A DNA stretch of 63,132 nucleotides, counting the filler, from Chrysochromulina tobinii (taxonomy: Eukaryota): the NCBI GenBank assembly GCA_001275005.1. It is 8 parts of 8 records of this genome, joined end to end, with 100 filler letters (N's around TTAATTAATTAA, not from the genome) between each part and the next. Parts side by side here need not be neighbours in the genome. Positions count along the whole stretch, not along the records: positions 48,666 to 51,235 come from JWZX01001408.1; positions 51,336 to 56,714 come from JWZX01001409.1; positions 56,815 to 63,132 come from JWZX01001412.1; 5 more parts are not named here. One strand, given 5' to 3'. The notes beneath the pieces were generated by a model. That model worked only from the letters and a program-made list of their open reading frames with translations, was not told where the DNA came from and made no database searches. Numbering within the stretch: position 1 is the first letter of the stretch; every line of letters begins with the position of its first letter. The translations under genes and the position numbers were made by a program. Shown one piece after another: positions 48,666-59,800 of the stretch.

Positions 48666-51235
48666 GTCGCTCTGCTTGCATGAGTCGCATGAGCGGCCGG
48701 CCCTGCGTATCGGTCTCGCGCGGCTCGATTCGAGAGGTCGTCGAGCTCAAAGCCGACGGCCTCACAATCGGCCGCGAAGCTAGCGACTTCATCATCGACG
48801 ACCCACGTGTCAGCCGCCGACACCTGCGCCTCGAGCTAGACGGCGAGACGGTGTCAGCTCGCGACGAGAGCACGAACGGCACCCAGCTCAACGGCAACCT
48901 CATGGTCCGTGGCGAGGCCGTCGCGCTCAAGGAGGGCGACGAGCTGCGCATCGTGCTCAAGGAGGACTTGATGCCCACGCCGCCGCACGCCATCTGCCCT
49001 GAGAAGCTTAAGGTTGTGTTCGTCTTTCACCTGGACGTGGATGAGGCCCGGCGGCGCGTCGCTCAGGCGACGGCGCAGGCGACAGCCGCTGCTGCCACTC
49101 CCGCCGCCACAGCCGCCTGCTCTGCGGCGCTCAGCGCCCCACCACCGGCTCGGCGTGCTCCTTTCACGCCGCTCTCACCGCAGCAGGCCGGGCCACCGCC
49201 CTCGCCGCCGCCGCCGTCACCTAGGGTGAACGCGGAGGAGGCCAAGGAGGACGTGGAGGAGGACGTGGAGGAGGACGTGGAGGAGGACGTGGAGGAGGAC
49301 GTGGAGGAGGACATGGGGGCGGCGGCGAGCAGTGCCAAGCAGCGGGTGAAACCAAAGCTGCCGGCTCAGGCAGCAAAGCTGTTAGCTGCATTCAAGGTTG
49401 AGCGTGCCGTGCACCCAGACGGCGAGCCTATAGCCGCATGCATGGAAGCTCTCAAACAAGTCCGAGCGCAGTCCGAGGTCTACGGTGCTGCCCACTCAGA
49501 GGCGCTGGCCATCTACCACCTCACGAAGTACCCGACGTTGACGAACGAGTCCTACACGAGCCTCGTGGAGACCGTCGATCACGTTGTCAAGGTCCGTGGC
49601 ACGTGCCTGCGGGTGGGCATCAGCGCCGCCGCGGACGGCGAGCTCGGCAACCACTTTCGCGCCGAGAGCTACCCTGGCCTCGTCCTCTACCAGACCGACC
49701 TGCGTCCAGGACAGGCGCCAGGGATATTCGGCATCGACGACGACGGGCAGCCGCTGACGGCGGACGGCTCACGGGAGCCAGATGGCACAACCGATGTCGC
49801 GCTCGCTCGCAACTGCTTCTATTCCTTGCGGACGTCCTTCCTCACGCTGCTCAGCATGTGCCACGTCCTCCGCCAGGATGGCGTGCTGGCGGTTTGCTGC
49901 ATCCGCAAGCAGCTGGGCAATGTGTCGGCTTTTGTGCTGGAGGCGGAGCGCTTGGGCATCCTCACACCCACAACCCTTACGCCGATTCGACTCCACAGCA
50001 GCAGCAAGGGCGCGTTCGACGGCTTCAAGATCGAGGCGGTGCGCACCAATGTACCCGCCAGTGCCATCAGAGGCCTACCTGACCTGCTTAGCAGCACCAG
50101 CCGTGCGCTGGACAGCCGTGCCCAGCTGCTGGCACGGGCCATGCACACAGGTCTGCAGGTAGCAAAAGCACGAGAGCTGCTTCAAGATCCGGGCGACCGA
50201 CGTGACAAACGTGCAACATTGGAGATGGCCTACACGAGCGTGGCGGCTGGCGAAGCAGTATTGCGGTGGAGCGGCATTCTCAGCAATTCAGACGCGGCGG
50301 CGCTCATTTCTACAGCTGTGGAGATGGAGGCACAAGGCGCACGAATGACGCTGGCGGCCATCTCCAAGGGCTTGCGCGCTGATCTTGGCATTCTAGAGCG
50401 CTTCGAGCGATTGAACGTGTCACGGCTGGAGGCCTCCACGGCGGCTACAGATGACCCAGCTAGGCTGGCGGCGCTGCGTTCCGAGCCGGCAGGACTCGCA
50501 AACTTAGTTCAGCGGCCTCTGTTGGAGCTCGTGGCTGACGAGAACCAAACCTCGCCCTGCATCTACCTTGCACAGGTAGGCGACGGGGGGTTCAAGATTG
50601 GTGACGCCAGCAATGGGGTGCGGGTCAGATACCCAGCCGAGAGCGGGGTGACGGCCATCCCAATTCTTCTCACACAGAGGTCGCTGGCGGGCTCGAAGTC
50701 AGGAGGCAAGCCAGACTTGGAAGGCACTCGTAGCTTTGCACGGGAGGCAATCGAGACGCTCGCTGCGGTCGCCATCGGCGGCGGCCTGGGCAAGGCGGCC
50801 GCGATCTACGGCTCCGTAGCCACGCTTGGGGCCAAGCCAGGGCTTACCTCTACGTCGTTCAAGCCGGGGATGGTGGGCGCCACACCGGCGCAGCTGGCAG
50901 CGATTCACAAGCCAGGGTTGGTGGGCGCGACAGCGGCGCAGCGGAAGCAAGTTGAGGTCTTCAACGCCGCTTCAGCCAACTCGCTCGCCCACAAGCGAGC
51001 GCTTCTTGTGGAGGCTGGTCATGGTGCCCAGGTTGAAGCAAACAAGCGCCAACGAGCCAGACGCAAGGAGTTGGAGTCCGGCCGGGCCAACGACCTTGTT
51101 TGCAACCGCTGCGACATTATGTACAAAACCCTTGATTCGCTGAGAGTGCACGAACGGAAAGCCCACCCATACTGCGTGCCTGGCTGCATTCGCAACCGTC
51201 GCGATGACGGGAGCCTAATGATTGGCTGCGACGCG
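48666..51235 (+). CDS. FHA-domain multidomain protein with C2H2 finger and the start of a PHD finger (truncated by contig end)
   Basis: FHA motifs IGR..VSRRH..STNGT..NG; C2H2 CNRCDIMYKTLDSLRVHERKAH; YC..C..MIGCD(A) at the end. Confidence 0.8.
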
Positions 51236-51679
51236 NNNNNNNNNNNNNNNNNNNNNNNNNNNNNNNNNNNNNNNNNNNNTTAATTAATTAANNNNNNNNN
51301 NNNNNNNNNNNNNNNNNNNNNNNNNNNNNNNNNNNTCGCGCGTCGTCGTCGAGAATGCTGATGTGACAACGCCAAGCTCGCCAAGCTCAACGAGGCGATG
51401 TGTACGAAGCTCGGCGATCAAAATCCTGGCACGCTCATCTCCGCATCAAGCTCCACAGCACTTACACAGTACTCGCAAGGGAGATGGTTCAGATGGACAA
51501 TGCGAAGCTTGCCACGCACGACGAGGCGATGTTCGTGAAAAGCTAAGCGATCGAAACCCTGACACACTCATCTCCGTCAAGAGCCTGACTCGCAAGGGCG
51601 ATGGCTCGGATGGGACATCACATCGCCAAGCATGGCCGTGGGGACGGTGTGTAAACCGTGAGCCCTGAAATCTGTAACA

Positions 51680-53062
51680 CCGCCTCCCTCGCAGCCACGA
51701 TCACCGCCGCCTCCATCCGCGCCGCCGCCTCCATCGCCGCCTCCATCGCGCAACGAAGTCATCAGTGGCACACTCAGATGCACTCAGCATGCATCCGTCG
51801 CAATGTGTTGGTACCATCGTATACCATATGTACCATATATATTATATACATAGAGAACATATATAGGGAATATAGGGAACATAGATAGGGAATCTATGGA
51901 AAATACTAGGTGCTTGCACTCTCAGAGGCCGCCGTAGCCGAGCACGCCGCCCTCGCCGCCACCCTGTTGCCGCCTAGTTGCCGCCTCCGAGCCCATCGCT
52001 GCCAAGCTCAACGCCCTCGACGCCTCCCTCGACGCCTTCTAGCCCGCCGCAGCTGAGCTCGCCGCCCTGTAGCCGCCCTCGCCTGCCCGCCACCGTCAGC
52101 ATGATTGCACGCAGAGGCCACCGATGTCCGCCAACACGGTCACCGTTGCTGCATCGACTGTGTCTCGGCCACCAACGCCGCCGCCCTCGCATCGACGATC
52201 ATCGCCGCCTCCATCCGCGCCGCCGCCTCCATCGCCGCCTCCATTGCGCAACGAAGTCATCAGAGGCACTCGGATGCAATCAGCATGCCTCCGTCGCAAT
52301 CAGCATGTGTGCTTGCACTCTCAGAGGCCGCCGTAGCCGAGCACGCCGCCCTCGCCGCCGCCCTCGCCGCCTCCGAGCCCATCGCTGCCAAGCTCAACGC
52401 CCTCGTCGCCTCCCTCGACGCCTTCTAGCCCGCCGCAGCTGAGCTCGCCGCCCTGTAGCCGCCCTCGCCTGCCCGCCACCGTCAGCATGATTGCACGCAG
52501 AGGCCACCGATGTCCGCCAACACGGTCACCGATGCTGCATCGGCTGTGCGTGCCTCGGCCACCAACGCCGCCGCCCTCGCAGCCACGACCACCGCCGCCT
52601 CCATCCGCGCCGCCGCCTCCATCGCGCCACAAAGTCATCAAAGGCACTCGGATGCAATCAGCATGCATCCGTCACAATCAGCATGTGTGTGTGCTTGCAC
52701 ACTCTCAGAGGCCGCCGAAGCCGAGCACGTCGCCCTCGCCGCCGCCCTCGCCGCCTCCGAGCCCACCACTGCCAAGCTCAACGCCCTCGTCGCCTCCCTC
52801 GCCGCCTTCTAGCCCGCCGCAGCTGAGCTCGCCGCCCTGTAGCCGCCCTCGCCTGCCCGCCTCCGTCAGCATGATTGCACTCAGAGGCCACCGATGTCCG
52901 CCAACACGGTCACCGATGCTGCATCGGATGTGCCTCGGCCACCAACGCCGCCGCCCTTGCAGCGACGATCACCGTCGCCTCCATCCGCGCCGCCGCCTCC
53001 CTCGCGCCACGAAGTCATCAGAGGCACTCGGATGCAATCAGCATGCATCCGTCACAATCAGC
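51680..53062. repeat. Tandem array of ~380-400-bp units (starts ~51910, ~52309, ~52691; partial copy 51680-51802)
   Basis: Repeated CTCTCAGAGGCCGCCG..GCCAAGCTCAACGCCCTCG..GGCACTCGGATGCAATCAGCATGC blocks. Confidence 0.9.
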
Positions 53063-53609
53063 AAGTGCACTGCATGCACGCCTCTGAGTGCTTACACGCC
53101 GCCGCGATTGGCTTCGGTTGGAAGTGTAGCCGTCGCGTGACGTTCTGTTACTTTACAGGAAGCAATCCGACCCAAAGGGGCGGAGAAGGTGCCTAGAAAA
53201 CTGTTAATTGGTCTGTGTTGAGGTGATTCAAATACCGATACCCCGAAAGACTTCGAAAAGTGAACTTTGTGGCATGCATTTGAGCGAGCTAGTGTAGTTT
53301 TTAGACACGGCTCAGAGTCAGACACGGCGTCTCTCACAGGATGCATCCATTACAGCCCTAGAAACGCTCCCAAGTCGTGTTCAATCCTCAAACCTTACAC
53401 ACGTCGTACCTCAGCCCATTGCCCTCCATCGTCCATGCGCCTACACCCTCGCCTGTGTGGCCCTTCATTTTCGCACCGCAATCTGCCCAAGTGCCCCCAT
53501 GCCCAGTGTCAGTGCAATGTGCCGTGGCGTGCGCCCGTGCCGCCCGCTGTAGCCCACCTTCGCCACTAGCTCGCACATGCCATGTGCCGTGGCTGGCCCA
53601 AGTCTCGCC

Positions 53610-53870
53610 CGCACCTCCCTCGGCGTCGCCGCACTCTGATGCCACACATGTGCCGTTGCGCTCGACTGCGCGCCTCCCTCGGCGTCGCCGCCCTCTCATG
53701 CCGTGTGCCGTTGCGCTCGACTGCGCCTCCCTCGGCGTCGCCGCCCTCTCATGCCGTGTGCCGTTGCGCTCGACATGTGCCGTTGCGCTCGACTGCGCCT
53801 CCCTCGGCGTCGCCGCCCTCTCAAGCCGTGTGGGGCCAGCCGTGTGCCGTTGCGCTCGACTGCGCCTTTT
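53610..53870. repeat. Degenerate ~53-bp minisatellite (GTGCCGTTGCGCTCGACTGCGCCTCCCTCGGCGTCGCCGCCCTCTC...)
   Basis: About 5 full or partial copies visible. Confidence 0.85.
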
Positions 53871-54013
53871 GTTGTTGATGCTGTTGCACAAGAATGCTCA
53901 TGCCTGCAGAACCAAGGATGTGGCAAGAATCAGTCGAGGCCTGATGGGCAAGTGGGGAGGAGAGTCAGGGCTGCGTTCGACTCTGGGCGCTCTTGTAGGC
54001 CTTGCGACGATTC

Positions 54014-56280
54014 TCAGACGAAGATCAGCAAGGCCACACGAAGACATCGTGCCTCACCAAACCTTCGGCTGAGACCCCAAATGGCCGGGAGAGGACCCAA
54101 AGGTCCCCTACACACAGACGCCAGGCTCGCCTTCTTCTCCACGTTCGAATGGGACGCTGAACGGGTATGGTGAGTGCTCACGAAGAATTGATGGACAAAT
54201 GCTTCGTCCGCAGCCAACTTCAGTTGTTGAAAGGCCTCGTCTTCGGCCGAGCGCAAGTTTGCTATATGTGTTCTCTCTGCGTTGGCGCGATCGTGTTGCG
54301 CCCTCACAAATCGTGTTGCCAGAAGTGACTGCACAAGCATCTGCGTTGGCGCCGTTGGCGACGACCGTCTTGGACTTGGCAGAACCTGCGTTGGCGCCCA
54401 TGCCAGAGGAAAGGTGACCCCTGGGGAGCCTCCGAAGATACCGCCTGAGGGAGCGGGCGTCGGCGCGCCGCCGAAGAGACCGCCAGCAGAGGGGATGGGC
54501 ATCGGCGCGCCGCCAAAGAGACCGCCAAAAGGGGCGGGCGCCGGCGCGCCTCCGAAGAGACCACCATGCATAGCCTGCGTCTGCGGTGGCAGCGCCTGTG
54601 CCAGCGCCTGCGGCATCGCCTGCGGCAGCGCCTGTGCCAGCGCCTGCGGCAGCGCCTGCGCCTGCGCCAGTGGCAGAGCCAGGGCCTGCGCCGGTGGCAG
54701 AGCCTGCGTCTGTGGCAGAGCCTGGGCCTGCGCAGGTGGCAGAGCCTGAGTCTGTGGCGTAGCCTGCGCCTTCGGTGGCAGCGCCGGCGGCGGAGCCAGA
54801 GCCTGAGAAAATCTTAGCTTGCGGGAGAACTTCTTAGCTTGCTGGGGCGGCCGCGGCGGCGGCAGTGGTGGCGGAGGCAGAGTCTGAGCGGCTGCGACAC
54901 GCACTTTCTCTTGGATTTCATGGATTTCAAGGGTTGCTTTTGATATCAATGATTGCGCTGTTTTCTCGGCCTTCTGAAGTAACTCGGTGGCCATCCTTTG
55001 CGCTTGCAGCATGATCTTGTCTGCCTGCTGCTTGGCCTGCTGCTCTTTCTGCTGCTCGGCCAGCTCTTTCTGCTGCTTGGCCTGCTGCTGCTTGGCCTGC
55101 TGCTTGGCCTGCTGCTCGTTCTGCTGCTCGGCCAGCTGCTCGTTCTGCTGCTCGGCCAGCTGCTCTTTCTGCTGCTTGGCCAGCTGCTCTTTCTGCTGCT
55201 TGGCCTGCTGCTTGGCCAGCTGCTCTTTCTGCTGCTCGGCAAGCTGCTCTTTCTGCTGCTTGGCCAGCTGCTCTTTCTGCTGCTCGGCCAGCTCTTTCTG
55301 CAGCTTGACCTGATGCTTGGCCTGCTCTTTCTGCTGCTCGGCCAGCTCTTTCTTATGCTTCTTGGCCATCTCATTAGCCTCAGCCTTACGCTCCTTGTCC
55401 CGTTTCCGGTTCGCCTCCACCTTAGCCTTCTTGGAAGCCTCGAGATTTGCGATGCGGTTGTCTTCCTCGGCCTTTCTCTGTAGAGAGGGGCAACAAAAGC
55501 TCACGAGTCACGAAAGCTGAGAGTCAGGCGCGCGTGGGAGAACAAAGGCAGTAGACATCGCACTAGGCGAAGGGCAGTGATGGCCAGGCCAGGAGAGCCA
55601 AGGGCGGCGAGCGCGAAGCGAGGCACATGCGCAGGCAAGGAATGGTGGGGATCAGGGTTCAAGGGGGAGGGGCGAGGATGTGAAACGAAGGGCTCCACTC
55701 ACCTTGGCTTCAATCGTGTTCTCTGGGCGCTTGGCCAGGCGCTCTGGCCTACCAGTTGCTGCTGCTGCCATCGTGTTCGTCGCTGCTGCTGCCATCGCAC
55801 TCATCGCGGGAGACTGCGATGATGTAGAGGCCATCGGGAATGTCTTCTGCATAAAGGTGAACAGGCGCTCAGTCTCAAACGCTGCTGCTTTAAATTGATA
55901 GTTATAGTAGCCAGTGCCATCCAAAATGCCAGTGCTGGCGTATTGCTGACCAAACTCTTTGACGAGTCTTTTGGCAACCTCTTCAGAGTCCTTGACCAGC
56001 TTTCGCTCTTCTGGTAGTACATCTTTAATCATGGACATGCCTGCGGCACACGAATGACGATACTCGGAAGCACGTGAGTCAGAGAGTGAGAGCATGAAGG
56101 AAAGGGGCGTAGTTACTTGGTTTTTCGACCAAGAATCCGACTTTTGACTCCGCCACCACGAGGATAAGAGCTGGCAACACTTTCCCATTGATGTAGGTCG
56201 ACTGTCTAGTCAAGTTGTTGATTTCTGTCGCCGTTGTCGAAAAGGTCGTTCGAATGAACGTGTCGCTAAGCTTGGAATAG
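54014..56280 (-). CDS. Q/K/E coiled-coil protein with Pro/Gln-rich and GLFGG repeats; introns 56116-56041 and 55702-55478; 5' end unresolved
   Basis: GT-AG introns join the ORFs in frame (EKP-S-MSMIKD; TIEAK|RKAEEDN); (KEQLA[E/K]QQ)n repeats; GGLFGGAP x3 plus GGIFGG. Confidence 0.65.
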
Positions 56281-56352
56281 CTGCAGAGGACAACCATGTG
56301 AGCAAGGTAAGGGCATTGTAGGCACTCAGTGGTACTCAGCGGCTCCTCAGCA

Positions 56353-56714
56353 ATCACCACCGATGACAGAGGCCATCAAAGAGGCACTGAATGGTACTCA
56401 GAGGCTCCGCATGGCAATCATCACTGCTGACGGAGGCCATCACAAGGAGGCACTCAGTGGCACTCAGGAGCGGCGTCGGAGGCGGCGGCGGCCGAGGCGG
56501 CCGGGGTGGAGGTGATGGCGACGGCGGCGGCGGCGGCGGCGGAGGCGGCGGCGGCGGAGGCGTGGAAGCCATCGAGGAGGCACTCAGAGGCTCCTCACAG
56601 CAATGACCCACGCGGCAATCACCACTGATGACAGAGGCCATCAAAGAGGCACTGAATGGTACTCAGAGGCTCCGCATGGCAATCATCACTGCTGACGGAG
56701 GCCATCACAAGGAG
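56353..56714. repeat. ~97-bp direct repeat (56353-56449 and 56618-56714) in intron-like DNA
   Basis: Near-identical ATCACCAC[C/T]GATGACAGAGGCCATCAAAGAGGCACTGAATGGTACTCAGAGG...CACAAGGAG. Confidence 0.85.
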
Positions 56715-56814
56715 NNNNNNNNNNNNNNNNNNNNNNNNNNNNNNNNNNNNNNNNNNNNTTAATTAATTAANNNNNNNNNNNNNNNNNNNNNNNNNNNNNN
56801 NNNNNNNNNNNNNN

Positions 56815-59800
56815 ATGTAGGGAATGGCCAGGGAGACACCATCGCGCCCATGCGGAGCATGATCCCCCTTGCCATCGAAACACGAGCGGTGGAATGGCTG
56901 GTTGCAGGATTCCAGTTCGTGGCTCCACAGTCGAAGTCAGGTCACGGGGTCCGCCGCACACGCACCCCACAGGGGTGGTTCGCCGACGACGGCGCCTTCG
57001 TGGTCGACTCCCTCCGCACCCTCCAACAGGCGTTTACCGTGGGATCTGCTATGGCGCGCGTGCTCGGTTTCACGGTCGGCATCGATGTGGACGTCCGCGG
57101 CGGTGCGCCATCCGCCGGCGTCGGCCAGGAAATGTCTGCGCAGCGTGCCCCCGAGCCTGGCGAGGCGCCTGCCGTAAGTACGACCCTCTCGTTCCCATAC
57201 CGGGGCATCCGCGCCCTCCGGATCGTCGGGCATGCGGTATCGGTCGGCGAGGGCGTCCACGGCTCCGCTGCCTGTGTCGCTCGCGCGCGTGCGAACATTA
57301 GCGAGCTGAAGGTATAGCTGCCACGCTTCGATGATGCCTTCCTCGGTGAGCGAATCTCGCATCCACGTTGGGTTCCATGCGAGCGGAACGCGCGCGTCCT
57401 TGTTGGGTCGCCAACCCCACCGCCAGAACTCCTTGGCCACCCGGCACGCTGTGGCGACGTGGGCCGGCGCGGTTTCGGGCATGTTGAGCGCGCGGTCTAT
57501 TTCGACTACGAGCGCCGCCGCCGCGTGTGGCCAGGTCATTGCCATGCCGAGGCCGCGCGGGCGCGGCGCGTGCGCCAGCCATCTGGACGTGCGCTCGCCC
57601 GCGTGCCCCATGCGCGCGAGCCCTCGGCGTTTCGCCACGTCAATCCGTTCGCAGGCCTTTTCCCCGACGGGAAAGGTCGCCCCATAGTAAGCGACGACCG
57701 TGGTGGTCGCAGCGTCGACTGTGTCCACATACTCTTCCGCTGTGAGGATGCCGAGACGGGAGAGCGCGCTCGCGATGCCGCTGCAGCGGTTCGTCACCAC
57801 CTGCCGCGCCGTCGTCCAGTCGGCTATGGGCGTCTGACGTATCCCGAGGTGTTTGTAGAATCCCTGGACTCGAGGCACGGCTCTGCCGTCGATGAGCCGT
57901 ATGGTGACGTCGTCCCCCACCTCCGTCCACGCCCCATTCCGCCATTCACTCCCCATCCACCCCGTCTTGTCGCCGGTGGGTGCGCCTTTGGCCTCGGGGA
58001 ATACCTAGGCCGGGGAGGCCGCATCATCGGCGGACGCAGAGTCGGCGCGAAGCTCACCCCGGCGGAATCTCGGGAGTACCGGACGCTCCTGCAGCAATTC
58101 CACGGGGACGAGACAGCATGGGCGCAGTCACAACAACACGGCGGGCGCGAACGGCCGCTCGAGATACGCGCCGTCGACGTTCTTGGCGCCAAGGGCGTCT
58201 GTGACGGACCAGGCGCCACGGACGGCACCGACTACCTCCTCGAGTACAGCGACGGTACGACAAGGTGGGGACGCCGCCCAGGAGCCATGGCACCAGGGCT
58301 TCCGGCCAAGCTACGCGCAGCGCGCGCGGCCTATCTGGCGGAGGGAGAACGCACTGTCGAGCAATACGCCGCGGACGTACTTGACGACGCACCTGGCGCC
58401 CTATGGCTCGCCACCACGGCACCCCTGGCGGTCGGGGCACGCCCCCCCCGGGACGTCATCACGGACGCCGGCCGGGAGATGGGCGATCGAACTCGGATCT
58501 TCGCTGAGTTCGCTGTGCGGGAAGCGCGAATCGCGCCGCGGACCCCGGTCGCGCAAGCCCTGGGCCAGGCAGCGACCAGGGCCTACGCCCTCGCCGAGGA
58601 GGCAGACCGCGCGGTGACGCCCGAAAAGACGTCGCCACAAGAGCAAGCCGCCCTCGCGGAGCGGGCGGAGACGGCGTGGGCTTGGGCAGCGGCGGTGGAT
58701 ACCGAGGCCACGACGAGGGCGACACCAACCAAAGAACGCGCGGAGGCGCGGCGCACCGCGGACCGGGCCTACGCGGAGTGGCTCACGGCCAAGGCGCGAG
58801 AAGCGACCGGCACAATGGCGGGGGCGCTCGCGGAGTGGGCACAGGCGCTACCGGAATACAGCCTTGCTGCAGCCGGCAATGCCGACGGCGCACATGCAGC
58901 GGCGGAGGCGGATGCTCGATCCCCAGCCAAGCGGTTCCGACCCAGCGCACGCCCGGGGTGCTTCTTCGGCTCTCCCATGCCCGCGGGCGACGATGGCAAG
59001 AGGCGCACGCGGCCGTCCCTGGCGCTCACCGATGTGCAGCGCAGCGCCGCGGCTACGCTACCCCATGCAGTACCAGTGCCCGACGCGCGAGACATGCACC
59101 GAGACCCGAGGGTAGCGTGGGACGGCGGGCCGTGGCGCATGTGGTCCGATGCGCCACGGCGGCTGGGGTGGAAACTCACGGCGGAGCAACACGCCCATAT
59201 ACAGCGACAGAGACTGGCCGCCACGGCCCGCCGGGCGGCAGCACGCTCGGCGCGCCCTCACCAAGAGACAGACACGCTATCGGGCGTGCGGGCGGACGAA
59301 ACGGCAGCGGAAACAGACGAGACCGGCACCCGGCCCTACGGCGCCAACCGCGCCCGCCAGCATCTGGCAGAAGCCCTGGCCGCTGAGGAGCGGGCCGACA
59401 CGGCGGCGGCGAGGGCATCCGAGGGCGACGGGTGGCTGGGCGACTGGAGCGCGGAGGACCTCGCCGCAGCCGAGGACGAGGCCACGGGCGCACGAGAGGG
59501 CGAGGAGGCCGTGGAACCGTGGGACGCCATAGAGGCCATGGAAGCCTACGATGACGCGGGGATTCTGGCGGACGCCTACCTCCGACAAGACACGACCCAC
59601 GCGGCCACTCAGGAGTGCGCGGGGGGCCTGACAGCCACACAAAGGAGGCTCATGGAGGGAAACCACGTACTTGCACTGGAGGGCAGGCAACGGCGCGAAG
59701 AGGAACAGTCCGCGCGCACCGCCGCCGAGCTTGCCGCCGCCGCGACGGCCGCGGACAAGGAATGGCGACTTCGGTGCGACGAGGCCACCGCGACACGGAG

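Noticed and set aside
54014..55504. Call as Nup98/GLFG nucleoporin
   Set aside because: Only four FG units, and no GLEBS or autoprotease domain is visible.
8820..56814. TTAATTAATTAA within N runs as a biological motif, and gene neighbourhoods across these spacers
   Set aside because: It is an identical synthetic six-frame-stop linker, so adjacency between contigs carries no meaning and no cross-contig gene cluster is claimed.
57459..57982. N-terminal ~175 aa of the 1092-aa + ORF as real protein
   Set aside because: This part is the antisense of the inverted RT-thumb segment; the real + coding resumes at ~57983.
57085..57982. Recombinase-driven phase-variation switch
   Set aside because: No inverted repeats beyond a CG dinucleotide and no recombinase on the contig; kept only as an inversion.
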